From positions 16,454 through 80,453 of the forward strand of contig CAVQKH010000006.1 of the NCBI GenBank assembly GCA_963712995.1: DNA of 64,000 nucleotides, read 5' to 3'. The DNA is from an uncultured Actinomycetota bacterium. GTDB taxonomy: Bacteria; Actinomycetota; Actinomycetes; Mycobacteriales; Pseudonocardiaceae. The notes beneath the pieces are model-generated. The model was not told the DNA's origin, ran no database searches, and saw only the letters and a list, made by a program, of their open reading frames with translations. Shown one piece after another: positions 33,347 through 44,002 of this stretch; the stretch's first letter is position 1; each line of letters opens with the position of its first letter. The position numbers and the translations under genes were made by a program.

Positions 33347-33569
33347 CGACGACCGTCAGCTCTTGCTGGATCTGCGACGGATGGCGGACGCGTGCGGTGC
33401 GTTCTGCGCGGGAGTCATAGAGCACGATCTCTCACGGGAAGATCAGCTGGCTTTAAGCGACTGGTTGGCCGAGATGGCTGAACGTATCCGCAAGCGGGGA
33501 CTGACAACCTTCATGGTCATCGAGGGTGAAGCGGTAAGTTCTGCCAGCCAGACAGGCGGAATGGTATGA
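33339..33569 (+). CDS. 76-aa hypothetical protein
   Basis: MTDDDRQLLLDLRRMADACGAFCAGVIEHDLSREDQLALSDWL; a frameshifted homolog is present in copy B (50630-50846). Confidence 0.5.
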   Translation: MTDDDRQLLLDLRRMADACGAFCAGVIEHDLSREDQLALSDWLAEMAERIRKRGLTTFMVIEGEAVSSASQTGGMV

Positions 33570-33856
33570 ACAAGGGTGAAGCCGCACCTAAACCAACGCC
33601 GGGTTACTTGGGTGTTTCTCGACCACCACCACCCTCACCGATTAGCCGGGCAACTCGAACGAGCCCTGGCCGTGGCAAGCAGATGCAATCAGCACTATGT
33701 AGTGCACCGCTGACACCAAGGTGTCTCAGACGAGCCTTACGAGGTGTCGGTCTGTCGTAGGCAGAAGGGGCGGAAGCGGTTTTCTGTCGCGTCGGGGAGC
33801 TTGCCCCCGGCTTGCTGCTCGCTGCGGCGACAATCGTGGTCACACGGCGGCAGCCC

Positions 33857-34879
33857 TCAGGCGCCGGTCGTGAGCACCATCCGGAAACGGGCGTTGCCGG
33901 AGAGCATCTTGTTGTATGCCTGTGCCGCCTGTTCCAGCGGCAACGTCTCGATCATCGGCCGCACGTTGCTCAGCACACTGAAGCGCAGGGTGTCCTCGGA
34001 GTCCTGGGAGGTGCCCGAGGCGTGTCCGGTGATCGTGTAGGAGCCACCGAGCAGCATCGCCGCCGGGACCCCGATCGGATCCATTGAGGCGCCGACCACC
34101 AGCAGCGTGCCCCGCGGGCGAAGGCCGCTGAACACTGCCGCCATCGCGTCTGCACTGGTCACGGTGGACAAGATCACATCGGCGCCGCCGAGCTGCGACA
34201 GCACGGCGCCCGGATCGCCGGCGGTGCTGTCGATGTAGTGGTGAGCGCCCAGCCGACGGGCGAGCTCCTCCTTGCCACGGCCGCGGGCGATGGCCACCGT
34301 CTCAAAGCCCAGCTTGACCGAGAACTGCACGCCGAGGTGGCCAAGGCCGCCGATGCCCAAAACCGCCACCCGATCGCCCCCCACAACGCCGCTGCGGCGC
34401 AGCGCGTTATACGTCGTGATCCCGGCGCACAGCAGCGGCGCGGCCTCGTCGGCGGCCAAGTTGTCCGGCATCGAGGCCATCGCGTTGGCCTTGACGACCA
34501 CGTAGTCGGCATAGCCGCCATCCATGGTGATTCCCGGGATCTGCATGTTCTGGCAGTTGATCGCATCCCCACGGCGACACCACTCGCAGTAGCCGCAGTT
34601 GCCGCCGAACCAGCCGACACCCACGCGCTGGCCGACCTGCCAGCCCTTGACCCCCTCGCCCAGAGCCTCGATCACGCCGGCTATCTCGTGCCCGGGAACC
34701 AGCGGGTACCCCACCCCCGGAAAGTCGCCCTCCTTGGCCAACACGTCGCTGTGACAAACACCGCACGCATGCACCCGCACCAGCGCCTGGTCGAACCCGG
34801 GCCGGGGAACCTCACGCTCCTCCAACTCGAAGTCCGCTCCCGCCTCCTTGACCACCACTGCTCTCATGCCCGCCATCAC
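33857..34879 (-). CDS. zinc-dependent alcohol dehydrogenase (MDR family)
   Basis: ACGVCHSDV, GHEIAGVI, structural-Zn Cys cluster CGYCEWCRRG, GIGGLGHLGVQF Rossmann motif. Confidence 0.9.
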   Translation of the reverse strand: MMAGMRAVVVKEAGADFELEEREVPRPGFDQALVRVHACGVCHSDVLAKEGDFPGVGYPLVPGHEIAGVIEALGEGVKGWQVGQRVGVGWFGGNCGYCEWCRRGDAINCQNMQIPGITMDGGYADYVVVKANAMASMPDNLAADEAAPLLCAGITTYNALRRSGVVGGDRVAVLGIGGLGHLGVQFSVKLGFETVAIARGRGKEELARRLGAHHYIDSTAGDPGAVLSQLGGADVILSTVTSADAMAAVFSGLRPRGTLLVVGASMDPIGVPAAMLLGGSYTITGHASGTSQDSEDTLRFSVLSNVRPMIETLPLEQAAQAYNKMLSGNARFRMVLTTGA

Positions 34880-35652
34880 AACCCCTGTCTTTACTGGTTT
34901 AGATCAAAAAAGTCCCTCGACCGACGCCGGTCTGGACGGACCCACGGATGAGCACGATGCCGCCCACCCACAGCCGGCAACAGCACGAGCCGACGCCTGC
35001 CATCCACCCAGAACCAGCCCACCACAGATGGCGAGTCTCCGAAAGCACGGAACATCAAACGTCCGCATCCCACCACCCTGGTGCCCAGCCGTGGCCTGCC
35101 CCGGAGTCGGCCCACCGGAGGCATGGAGTTGTTGATCTGAATCGTGATGACCTCTTCTGTGTGAACGCTGATCGGGCAGTGCGCTCGCGTACCTGGGAGT
35201 ACCGTTGTGTACCGCTGAGCTGCGGCTACATGCCAGCGCGTATCGACTCATGCGGACTCGTCGTGTCACTTCCGCTGACGGCGACACACTGACGGTCCCG
35301 GTTAAGGCCCAGGTTGGAAGGCCCAGGTTGGAAGGCTGAGCCCAATGTGCCGGCAGGGCTCTCGATCGGTGATCGGGCCGGGTCAGAGGGTCCTGGTAGT
35401 AGCCAGGCGGGTGCCGTCAGATCACACCACCGCAGGCACCGTGTCGGTGTGGTCGTGAGGCCTGATGGCACGGCCGCTGCCATCGACTGCCACTGTTTCG
35501 TGAGGGTGTCGCGTGGGCGATCCGGACCAGGAGTGGTGCCGCTTTACTCCGACACAATCCAATATCTGGCAGACGCTGACCTTGCGATCACCGTAACAAG
35601 AGCTACCGCGTCGTCGACAAGGGGAACAACAGCACGAGAAAGGCCCACCCTG

Positions 35653-36376
35653 ATGAGCGCCCCGCAACCACCACCACGCAACCGCCTGGGCACGGTGACA
35701 TTTGTCATCGCCGTCCTCGGTGCAGTGCTCGCGGTTATCCCAGCCACGGTGGCATTCGGAGTCCTGCTTTGCATCATCGCGATTATCCCGGCGATCGTAT
35801 CCTTCCGACGGGTCCGCAAGGGCACTGCCAACAACCGCCGCCAATCCGTTGCCGCGCTCGTACTGGCGCCCGTGTTCTTCATCGTGGCCGTGAGCCTCTC
35901 ACCATCTCCGCCAGCCAACACTACCGCCGGAGATAGGACGCCGCTGCCAAATCTGGCCAGCACACCCGCGCTCCAGCAATCCACCCCGGCCATCACTGCC
36001 CTGCCCGAGCTCGCACCTGCACCCGAGCTCGCACCTGCACCCGCGGTAGCACCGGCACCCTATCTAGCACCTGCACCCGCGGTAACACCCGCCCCTGCCC
36101 AGGCCGCGCCGCGACACCCGCCCCAGCCCTCGCAGCAGCGCCAGTCCCCGCCCCTGGTACGGCGCCCGCTTCGCCTGCGGCGGCCCCGAATGCGGGTTCT
36201 CCCACGAGATCGACCGGCAGTCGACCGGCAGCCCTTCCGCTGGATCAGCTGGTGGATCGCCTTATTACGCCAACTGTGCAGCCGCTCGAGCCGCAGGTGT
36301 CGCGCCGTTACACAAGGGCGACCCCGGTTATCGCTCCGGGCTTGACCGCGACAGTGACGGTATCGCTTGCGAATGA
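35653..36376 (+). pseudogene. membrane protein with Pro/Ala-rich linker and C-terminal Excalibur Ca-binding domain; at least one frameshift
   Basis: ATG 35653 gives two TM helices then APAPELAPAP repeats; the Excalibur motif YYANCAAARAAGVAPLHKGDPGYRSGLDRDSDGIACE ends at TGA 36374-36376 in a different frame. Confidence 0.5.
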
Positions 36377-36478
36377 ACCCAGTCCCGTCCTGAGCTACTT
36401 GCGAAGCGAAGCGCCAGCGATCGCAGAGACCGCGCAGCTCAGCCGGTGAGGTTCCGCGCAGGTCAACGATGAGCCCCA

Positions 36479-36549
36479 GTGAGTACCGGCCGTAGCTGGG
36501 CACAGCCGGACAGACCCTACGATCCCCTGACCTCATTCGCGCAGGTCAG
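36479..36549. repeat. copy R1 of a ~70-90-nt dispersed repeat
   Basis: GTGAGTACCGGCCGTAGCTGGGCACAGCCGGACAG.CCCTACG.TCCCC.GACCTCATTC.CGCAGGTCAG is shared with 41134-41220 and 60381-60468. Confidence 0.9.
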
Positions 36550-36597
36550 ACCCTGCTCGCCGTCATCATCGTCCTGGCTATCAGCGAGGTTTCCGAG

Positions 36598-37053
36598 TTG
36601 TGCCCGTGGACCGCACGCAAGCTCATTCGCTGGTCCGCCCACCGCCGGTACGCCCCTCCACCCTGGGCTGAGCTTCGCGCCGAGGAGCTCGCCGCGTACC
36701 TCGATGATCGGCCCGGCGGAGTGCTCAAGCTCATCACCGCACTCGGCTTCACGGCTGCGGCGCTCGCGACCCGTAAGACCGCCCCTGGTGTCGCACCACC
36801 CGTTCCACAGTGGTGGCCCACCAGGCTGACGGTTCCCGTCCATTACGAATATGACAAGTGGATAGATTTTTTTGTTCATCCCAACACCCACGCAGCGCGA
36901 CAATCTTGGCATCAGTTAGTCGATTCGGTCCGCGACGCAGCCAAAGAAGTGGGTGTGCGTCAAACACTCATGGCGCCGCTGCATAAAAGAGCTACAGAGG
37001 ATCACCAGAGACGATCGTTGGATGACAGTCGCAAGCAATCTCAACCTCCTTGA
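36598..37053 (+). CDS. hypothetical protein
   Basis: 151-aa ORF with no recognisable motif; composition drifts to low G+C toward its 3' end. Confidence 0.3.
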   Translation: MCPWTARKLIRWSAHRRYAPPPWAELRAEELAAYLDDRPGGVLKLITALGFTAAALATRKTAPGVAPPVPQWWPTRLTVPVHYEYDKWIDFFVHPNTHAARQSWHQLVDSVRDAAKEVGVRQTLMAPLHKRATEDHQRRSLDDSRKQSQPP

Positions 37054-37629
37054 AAGTATCCATAGGTCACGCCGGAAGCAAATCCCGATAAAATACAAGA
37101 AATTCGCTGGTATTCCAGGCTTTCGTAAGCAATTCCACTGGTGCAATCTCGCAGACTCAACTATCATGCACTACCGGGCCGCCATTGATACAGCCCGTGT
37201 TGAGATCCGCAGCCTCACCAACGATTTTCTACTCAGCTCAGCCCTTGGTTGATCTCGAGTTCTACTGGGAGAAACGAGGTCGACGAAGCCGGTTGACCGA
37301 GTCAAGTCTAGTGTCATGAGACAAATCCAGCTGGGACTATTACCTCGTGGAGAACAAGCTCAAGCAGGGCTTGGTTGACGTGTCGTCGCCATCGCCGAGT
37401 GTCAGCATCGAGATCAAGCTTGCCCTGAATACTGATGAACGTTGACAAACGTAGGCGGATGAGACCAAAGATGAGAACACCTGGGTTTCGCCGCCTCGCG
37501 AAGATCCTCGCGTTGGCGGTGGCGTCCCCAGCCGGATCTTCTACGACACGCAGTTTAGGAATGGTTCGCCAATAACAGACTGCACATGGCGCCTGACGTG
37601 CTGTTTTGTCTCGTTATCGGCGTCCGCCC

Positions 37630-37752
37630 TCACAGCCATTTCGCATCGGCTTCGCGCTCCGCCAGAACGATCGACGTGGAGTCCCGGCCACGCCGGGTCG
37701 TGGTGAGGAGATGCTGGATCTGGTTGGTGCCTTCGTAGATCTTAGCGATCTC
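37630..37752 (-). pseudogene. C-terminal remnant of an acyl-CoA dehydrogenase
   Basis: Minus-strand translation EIAKIYEGTNQIQHLLTTTRRGRDSTSIVLAEREADAKWL-stop; KIYEGTN.IQ is the classic ACAD C-terminal motif; nothing upstream remains. Confidence 0.5.
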
Positions 37753-38299
37753 TCACCTGCCCAAAAGGACCTGAGTAATCTACCGAGACAACAATCGGTG
37801 AGCAGCGGAAACATATCTCGCCAATTCTCGCTACTACACGACATCTGACGGCCTGGAGACGGCCTGATCATGGCCAACCTACCCTCATCCCCAGGGCACG
37901 CCATGAGGAACGCGCTCCGCACAGGATAGCGGATGCGAGTCAGTAGACCGGCTAGCTAGCGATACCAGAACGTGCCGGTCGTGACTGAACAGCTCGTCTG
38001 ACCAGCACAGACATTCCTCGCCAGTACGTGCTGTTGCCGGAGGTGGCTGGCGCGAGGTGGAGGATCCGGATGGCGTAGACTGCTAGCCGCCCGGTCGGAC
38101 AACTGTGCTGTCCCCAGGTCGTCGACATGTTGAAACGGTACTCTAAACACCTACCAGGCGGATGCTGGTCCCGTGTCATCGCAGGTAACGCAATGATTGG
38201 TATTGCCGATATAGTGGCGTATAGGGGCCTTATTCTGCAAGGTTGGCCTCTTTAATGCCAGGGAGCAGGCCTAAAGCCTGGGTTAAGGAAGGTGTCAGT

Positions 38300-39467
38300 A
38301 TGGAGATCGCAGAGCGCGCTCAGGCGCTGGCACTGAAGATCCGTAAGCACAAGGCCAGTATCGAGACGGAAGAAGGGACCAAGAACGCTTTCGTAATGCC
38401 CTTTATCGGCACCGTCCTCGGGTATGACGTCTTCGATCCCAATGAAGTCATCCCAGAGTTCACCGCAGACGTCGGTACGAAGAAGGGAGAGAAAATTGAT
38501 TATGCCATCGTTCATAACGGGCAGGTGCAGGTCCTGGTCGAGGTCAAGAAGATTAACGACCCGCTCCGCATTGAACATGCTTCTCAGCTCTTCCGATACT
38601 TCGCTGCCACCAATGCTAGAATCGCGATCCTGACCAACGGGGAAATCTACGAGTTTTACACAGATCTGGACGCCCCCAACCGGATGGACTCTAAACCGTT
38701 CCTAGTGTTGAATTTCTCGGATATCGACGAAACGCTTCTTCCGGAGCTGGCCAAGCTGACCAAGGAGTCCTTCGATCTCGACTCCGTGATCAGTGCAGCG
38801 GGCGAGCTGAAGTACATCGGACAACTCAAGCGGATCCTCGCTGCCCAGTTCAAAGAGCCCGAGGACGAGTGGGTCAGATTCTTGACGACTCGTGTGTACG
38901 AAGGGTCTTTCACGACGTATACGCGACCAGTTCGTCCCGCTGGTGAAGAAAGCTGCGTATCAGTTCTTGAACGAACAGGTGAATGATCGTCTGAAGAACG
39001 CCCTCGGCGGGCCTGGCTCCTACGTCAGCGTCTCCAACGGCACTGCTGGGACCGAGGAGCACGCCGAACCGAAGTCTGACCGACCGGAACTTACCGGGGA
39101 CGACAATCCCGGCGACTGAAGCGGTGATGCCATCACCACCGAGGAGGAACTGGACGGCTATCGGGTCGTGCGGGCCATCGTCTGCAGCGAGGTTCCAATG
39201 GTAAGGATTGTGGCCCGAGACACCAAGAGCTACTTCGGTATCCTGCTCGACGACAACAACCGCAAGCCGATCGCTCGGTTATGGTTCAACCGTTCGAAGA
39301 AATATCTCGGACTCTTCGACGAGAACAAGGTTGAGACGCGGGTCATCATCAACGACATCGAAGGCATTTACCAACACGCCGACCAATTACGGAAGACAGC
39401 CAGGTATCTCAACAATTCCGCGCTCGCCAACACTCCCCTCGGGTGGACAGCGACTGAAATCAGCTAG
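38300..39467 (+). pseudogene. type I restriction enzyme HsdR N-terminal-domain (nuclease-like) protein, two frameshifts
   Basis: RBS AAGGAAGG before ATG 38300; EEGTKNAFVMPFI...GEKIDYAI...VLVEVKK (PD-(D/E)xK-like); continues in other frames at about 38910 (VRDQFVPLVKKAAYQFLNEQV) and about 39120 (GYRVVRAIV...KSYFGILLDDNNRKPIARLWF). Confidence 0.65.
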
Positions 39468-39706
39468 ACCAAGAACCTGTTGGCCGCAGGACGGGAGAGG
39501 CGGATGCTCTCCCGTCGAAGCGACGGGATACCCGCGTCCCCTGGTGACCAGCATCCTCGTGTCCGCCCTGAACCATCCCGGAGCCGAGTCCCGCCGGAGG
39601 CACAGGTTTGTTCCTCGGGAGCAGTTGATGTCTTCTCCCGATACCGTCGAAGGGGTCGAGCGGAGGGACGGGATGGCGACGATTAAGCTGACAAAAGAGA
39701 AGCTTC

Positions 39707-40042
39707 TTGGACGCCGTGGGCGACGCCAAATTAGCGCTGGTCGACTTCTGGGGACCGCGGTGTCGACTGTGCCGCATGTTCGACCCTGTTTTCGAGGAAG
39801 CATCGCAGCACCACCCCGACGTGATGTTCGGCAAGGTCGACGCCGAGGCGCATTGCCAGCTTGCCGCCATGTTCCGCGTCATGTCCCTTCCCACCCTAGT
39901 GATCATGAAAGAAGGCTTCGTGAATTATGCCAGATCGGGCACCCTGCCGCTGGAGGATCTGGAGGACCTTGTGGATCAAGCCCGCGCACTGGACATGGAC
40001 GAGGTACGCAGAAAACGAGCCGCCCGTCGCAGAGCGGGATAG
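39707..40042 (+). CDS. thioredoxin-like protein (N-terminus probably frameshifted; ATG 39672 lies in another frame)
   Basis: LVDFWGPRCRLCRMFDPVFEE...SLPTLVIMKEG thioredoxin fold with an atypical C-R-L-C site; MATIKLTKE upstream is out of frame. Confidence 0.55.
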   Translation: MDAVGDAKLALVDFWGPRCRLCRMFDPVFEEASQHHPDVMFGKVDAEAHCQLAAMFRVMSLPTLVIMKEGFVNYARSGTLPLEDLEDLVDQARALDMDEVRRKRAARRRAG

Positions 40043-40118
40043 AACCTAACTATCCTCGGTCGAGCACGGCGGAGACCAGCTCGGTCGCGGAAACCGGTCC
40101 CGGAGCAGCGGGTGCCTG

Positions 40119-40175
40119 TGGACCGGGCGACGGGAATCGAACCAGCATGGCCAGCTTGGAAGATCGGGCGGCGAT
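40119..40175 (-). pseudogene. degenerate 3' remnant of a tRNA-Gly(UCC)-like gene (old att scar?)
   Basis: The reverse complement reads ...CTTCCAAGCTGGCCATGCTGGTTCGATTCCCGTCGCCCGGTCCA: a TCC anticodon-loop-like CTTCCAA, GGTTCGATTCC T-loop, acceptor and CCA. The stems no longer pair and the 5' half is absent. Confidence 0.45.
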
Positions 40176-40916
40176 CAAGGTTTTGACCTGCACTAATGCG
40201 GACCTGCGGGTATCCAGCGACAGATGACATGAGTAACTGCTGTTTTACCCTTCACGACCCTGGGAAGGGGCACGCGGGGGGGCACACACTCGGCTGGCTA
40301 GGTCTCCCTCTTCGGAGGGGAAGGCGGAGATCCTGCGATTAACAGATGCGGGCAGGTCCCTGATCGGACCGCGCGATGTGGGCATGCGCGCTTCGCCTGG
40401 TGGCGTTCGAGTGCGGAACGGTGCTGCTCGTTGCGGTCAGAACTGCGGTCACGTGTGGCAGTCGCGCGCCCTGGATGATGATGACCGAGGCGAGAGCCCA
40501 CTTGACCCCCAGGACGTAGGAGTAGGCATCTCCTCTGGTCAGAACCGGTGCAGACGCCGTGTACGCGAGTACTCGACGTGCGGGTTGTTCGCCTCTGTGC
40601 AGGACGTGGTCCCCAAATGGTCCGGCGGGGAGTCTGCCTACTCCCCCGCCTCCTCGTCCTGGCCGCCGATCTCGTAACGGTGCTGGAGTCAATGGTGGCC
40701 GAAGGCCATCGCGCAGCGACGCGGAGCGCCATTTACGCCAACGCAGCGACGTGGACGATTACAGGCGGGTGAGGGAGCCGCAGCACAGATGATCGCCTCT
40801 GAACGCTAGTGGGGAAGGCTGCGCCGGACGCGCGGTCAAAGGGTTCGACCTGCGGCCTACGGAAAACCTGTTGTGGGCTGGTCGGTGCTGATGGTTCGGG
40901 GATGACGGTGGGTGGG

Positions 40917-41105
40917 ATGCTGTCGGTTATGCCTGGGCCGCCGCGACGGGTGTTTGTGAGTCACACGTCGGAGCTGCGGCGGCTGCCCGAGGGCGGTTCG
41001 TTTGTGGTCGCAGCAGAGCGGGCGGTGATCCGGTCCGGTGACGCCATGGTGGATATGGCGTATTTCGGGGCCCGAGACGAGGCCCCCGCGCAGGTGTGCC
41101 GGGTT
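40917..41105 (+). pseudogene. N-terminal fragment of a DUF4062 (TIR-like) domain protein
   Basis: [52 protein letters not shown] is the usual N-terminus of actinomycete STAND proteins; it is cut off where repeat R2 begins. Confidence 0.5.
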
Positions 41106-41133
41106 TCGGTATGGCTCGCCGGTGCTACGGCCG

Positions 41134-41220
41134 GTGAGTACCGGCCATAGCTGGGCACAGCCGGACAGCACCCTACGGTCCCCGACCTCATTCACGCAGG
41201 TCAGGGGACGATGCGGGTGG
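41134..41220. repeat. copy R2 of the dispersed repeat
   Basis: See R1; preceded by the hairpin GGCCGGT-GAGT-ACCGGCC, as in R3. Confidence 0.9.
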
Positions 41221-41230
41221 GGCAGGTGAG

Positions 41231-41335
41231 GCATGCTGCGGAGGCCCTTGCACACCCGTCCTGGGAGGCACGGCGATTACTTGATCTTGCGGACACCGGG
41301 TAGTGGGTCGACGCTAGCCAAGGGCCACGAGGACC
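41231..41335. repeat. ~100-bp direct repeat, left copy
   Basis: TGCGGAGGCCCTTGC.CACCCGTCCTGGGA.GCACGGCG.TTACTTGATCTTGCGGACAC... recurs at 44142-44247 in the same orientation. Confidence 0.85.
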
Positions 41336-41390
41336 AGCGCCGCTGTCCCAGCCAACCCGCGGCGGCACAGACCGTCAGACAGTTCGTCTA

Positions 41391-43409
41391 GTGTCCAGTC
41401 TCATGGCTGAGTTGGTGCTCCAGGCAGGCGACGGCCACGTCGCGCGACTAGCTCACGAATCAGACGCTGTTCGAGCGGTTGTCGAGATGGTTTGGAATGC
41501 AGTCGACGCGGAAGCGTGGAACGTCTCCGTTCGGATAGAGCGCGAGGATCTGCTCGGTGCGATTATCGCCATCCACGTTGAGGATGACGGCCACGGCATC
41601 AATGTCAACGAGGTTGAAGCCGACTTCGGCCGTATTGGCGACTCTTGGAAAGCCCGCAGTACGCGATCAAAAAACGATGTTCGTGGTCTACATGGCAGCC
41701 TCGGCGAGGGAAGGCTACGAGCTTTCGCCCTGGGCACTCGTGTGCGTTGGCGGAGTGTTGGCGAGGACGCTACGGGAGCGATGCATGAGGTCATCATCGA
41801 TGGTCAGCGGGCGAAACGCAACATCTTCCGTTGGGACTCAACCCCAGTATCAGGTAGCGAGCAAGGCACGATCTTCAGCGCGTACAACGATGAGCAGCGC
41901 AGTCTCGGGGCACTCGAAGCTGACACGACCCTGCCCACCTTGCGCTCCCACTTCGCGCCTATTCTTCTACATAATCCCGAGCTACAGATCAGCTACGATG
42001 GCAGCTCTCCGACCCAACCCGGAAATTGTCGAAGACACGTCGATGAGTGTTCCTATCGGCACAGATGGCCTACACGGTAACCTCCAGCTACGGATCATCG
42101 AATGGCGCCAAGGCAAACATCGGGCAATCTATTACGGATCTGACGATCAACACTTCACCTATGAAGAAGACGGCTCGGACGTTGAGAGCCAGTTCCCCTA
42201 CTCAGCGTATGTTACGTGGCCGAACCTGCGTGATCAAGCGAACTATCTGAGTCTCGGCGAGCTCTACTCCGAGCCGACCAGAGATGTTTGGAGGGCCGTC
42301 CGCACGGCGATCAGGGAATATTTCGCCATGCGGCGTCGACAGCGACGCCGGAGCAAGTTGACCGCTGGAAGGATGCCGGAGTCTATCCCTACAAAGGCGC
42401 ACCAGCTTCCGAGGCGGAAAGAGCCGAGCGAGCCGTTTTTGATGTCGTATCGGGTGCTCTCAGTACGCATATTCCAAGAAGGGATTTAGTCGGCGCCCGT
42501 CTGACGCTAGCGCTTCTACGGGACGCGATTCGACACGAGCCTGAAAGTTGACGGCCGTGTTGCACGAGGTGGCGTCTCGAACCCCGACGATTCTGAGACG
42601 CCGACGCGCCTCTTGACTGAGACGACCTTAGCCTCGATTATCAAGTCTGCCAATGTCGTCGCAAGCCGAAACAAGTTTTTGCTGGCACTCAATCATCTTC
42701 TGTTCGATCCTGACGACTCGCCGATGGTCGGCGAGCGGGATCACCTACACCGAATCCTTGAGGGCGAGCTCTGGATCTTCGGTGAGGGCTATAACATGAT
42801 GAACAGCGAGAAGGGTTTGACACAAGTGCTCCGTACCCACCTCAAGCTGTCTGGCCTACCCGACAAGAATGTTACTACCGTCAAACGATGGACGCAAAGA
42901 CCGGCAGAGTCGACCTTCACCTTGCCGCCCGAGCCCAGGAGCATGACCGAGTCCGTCATCTGATTGTCGAGTTGAAGGCACCTGACATTACGATTGGCAG
43001 GAAAGAACTCGACCAGATCGAGGACTATGCCAACGTCCTTGCCTCAAACGCGCAATTCAGCAGTGCAACTGCACAGTGGGACATCATTCTCGTTGGGACG
43101 AAGCTCGACGACCTCGCAAGAAACCGCATTCACAATGATGGCTTCGAGGTTGGAAGCTTCGGGTTCGCGACCAGCACGGGGGCACCGCGTGTAACGGCGT
43201 TTGTGCGCCGCTGGCGCGATGTGCTTGACGAGAACAAGCGACGCCTTGACTTCCTCACATCGGTTCTCCAGCACGACCCATCAACGCCCGAGGGGCTTGG
43301 ATGGATGCGAGAGCACTATGCCGATGTTTTACCTGACGACTTGGTGCAGAAGCAAGAGCCATCTGGCTCAACAGCCTCTGCGGATGCTCAGGACCCGGGA
43401 GCCGCATAG
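41391..43409 (+). pseudogene. GHKL/HATPase_c-type ATPase with C-terminal nuclease-like region, at least 4 frameshifts
   Basis: AVVEMVWNAVDAEA (N box), IHVEDDGHGI (G1 box), FGRIGDSWK. The reading frame then moves at about 41995, 42340, 42560 and 42890, ending ...LIVELKAPDITIGRKELDQIEDY... Confidence 0.65.
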
Positions 43410-44002
43410 CTCAAGTCGAGCCATATTCGGGATGAGTTACTTGTCGGAGCTTCGCCGGATTTCGGTACAGGTGATCCAGGATAGATTCCACGGAATCTTG
43501 CAGCTATCTTCGCGTCAGAAGCTTCGACCATATCTCCATGCGCTCCACGGTTGCGTAGTTTTCTCAAGTGGTGGGTCATGTCAGCGAGAGTATCGGGGAA
43601 TTTAGCCGCCAGGTCTTGCAGCTTGCGCTGAAGCGTTTTGTTCGAAGAGATGCCCTGCTCGGCACAGATGGCCTCCAAGATGTTTCCTATTCCTACTACG
43701 AAGCTTGTCGGGTCACTTGCCTTGGTCGGCAACGCCTTCTCGTACAACTCCCTAACCTTCTCGGGAAGACCGCGAACATCGGGTGGCTGAGGATAAAGTA
43801 TCGTTACTGGCCAGTCGGCGGGATCTTCATAGTGCCATTCGCGATAAGTATAAAAGATCAAACCTTCGCATCCTGGACACTGCATGACCCGTGCGTGAAT
43901 ATACCACTGATAATCAGTGAAGCCGTCAGGGTCAGCCACTATGGTCTCTGATGGTTCAAAGACTTCTCGCTGAGATCGCCGGTGAAGCCGCAATGACCAC
44001 AT
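43388..44002 (-). pseudogene. DUF4145-like protein, C-terminal frameshift
   Basis: HHLRKLRNRGAHGD motif (family from memory); the expected C-terminus DSVESILDHLYRNPAKLRQ lies in another frame, ending near 43421. Confidence 0.55.

Noticed and set aside
40298-40792. Overlapping ORFs 40298..40732, 40339..40692, 40378..40677, 40548..40772 and 40559..40792
   Set aside because: They overlap each other on both strands and have no motifs. The region looks like non-coding or heavily degraded DNA between the tRNA-Gly scar and the DUF4062 stub.
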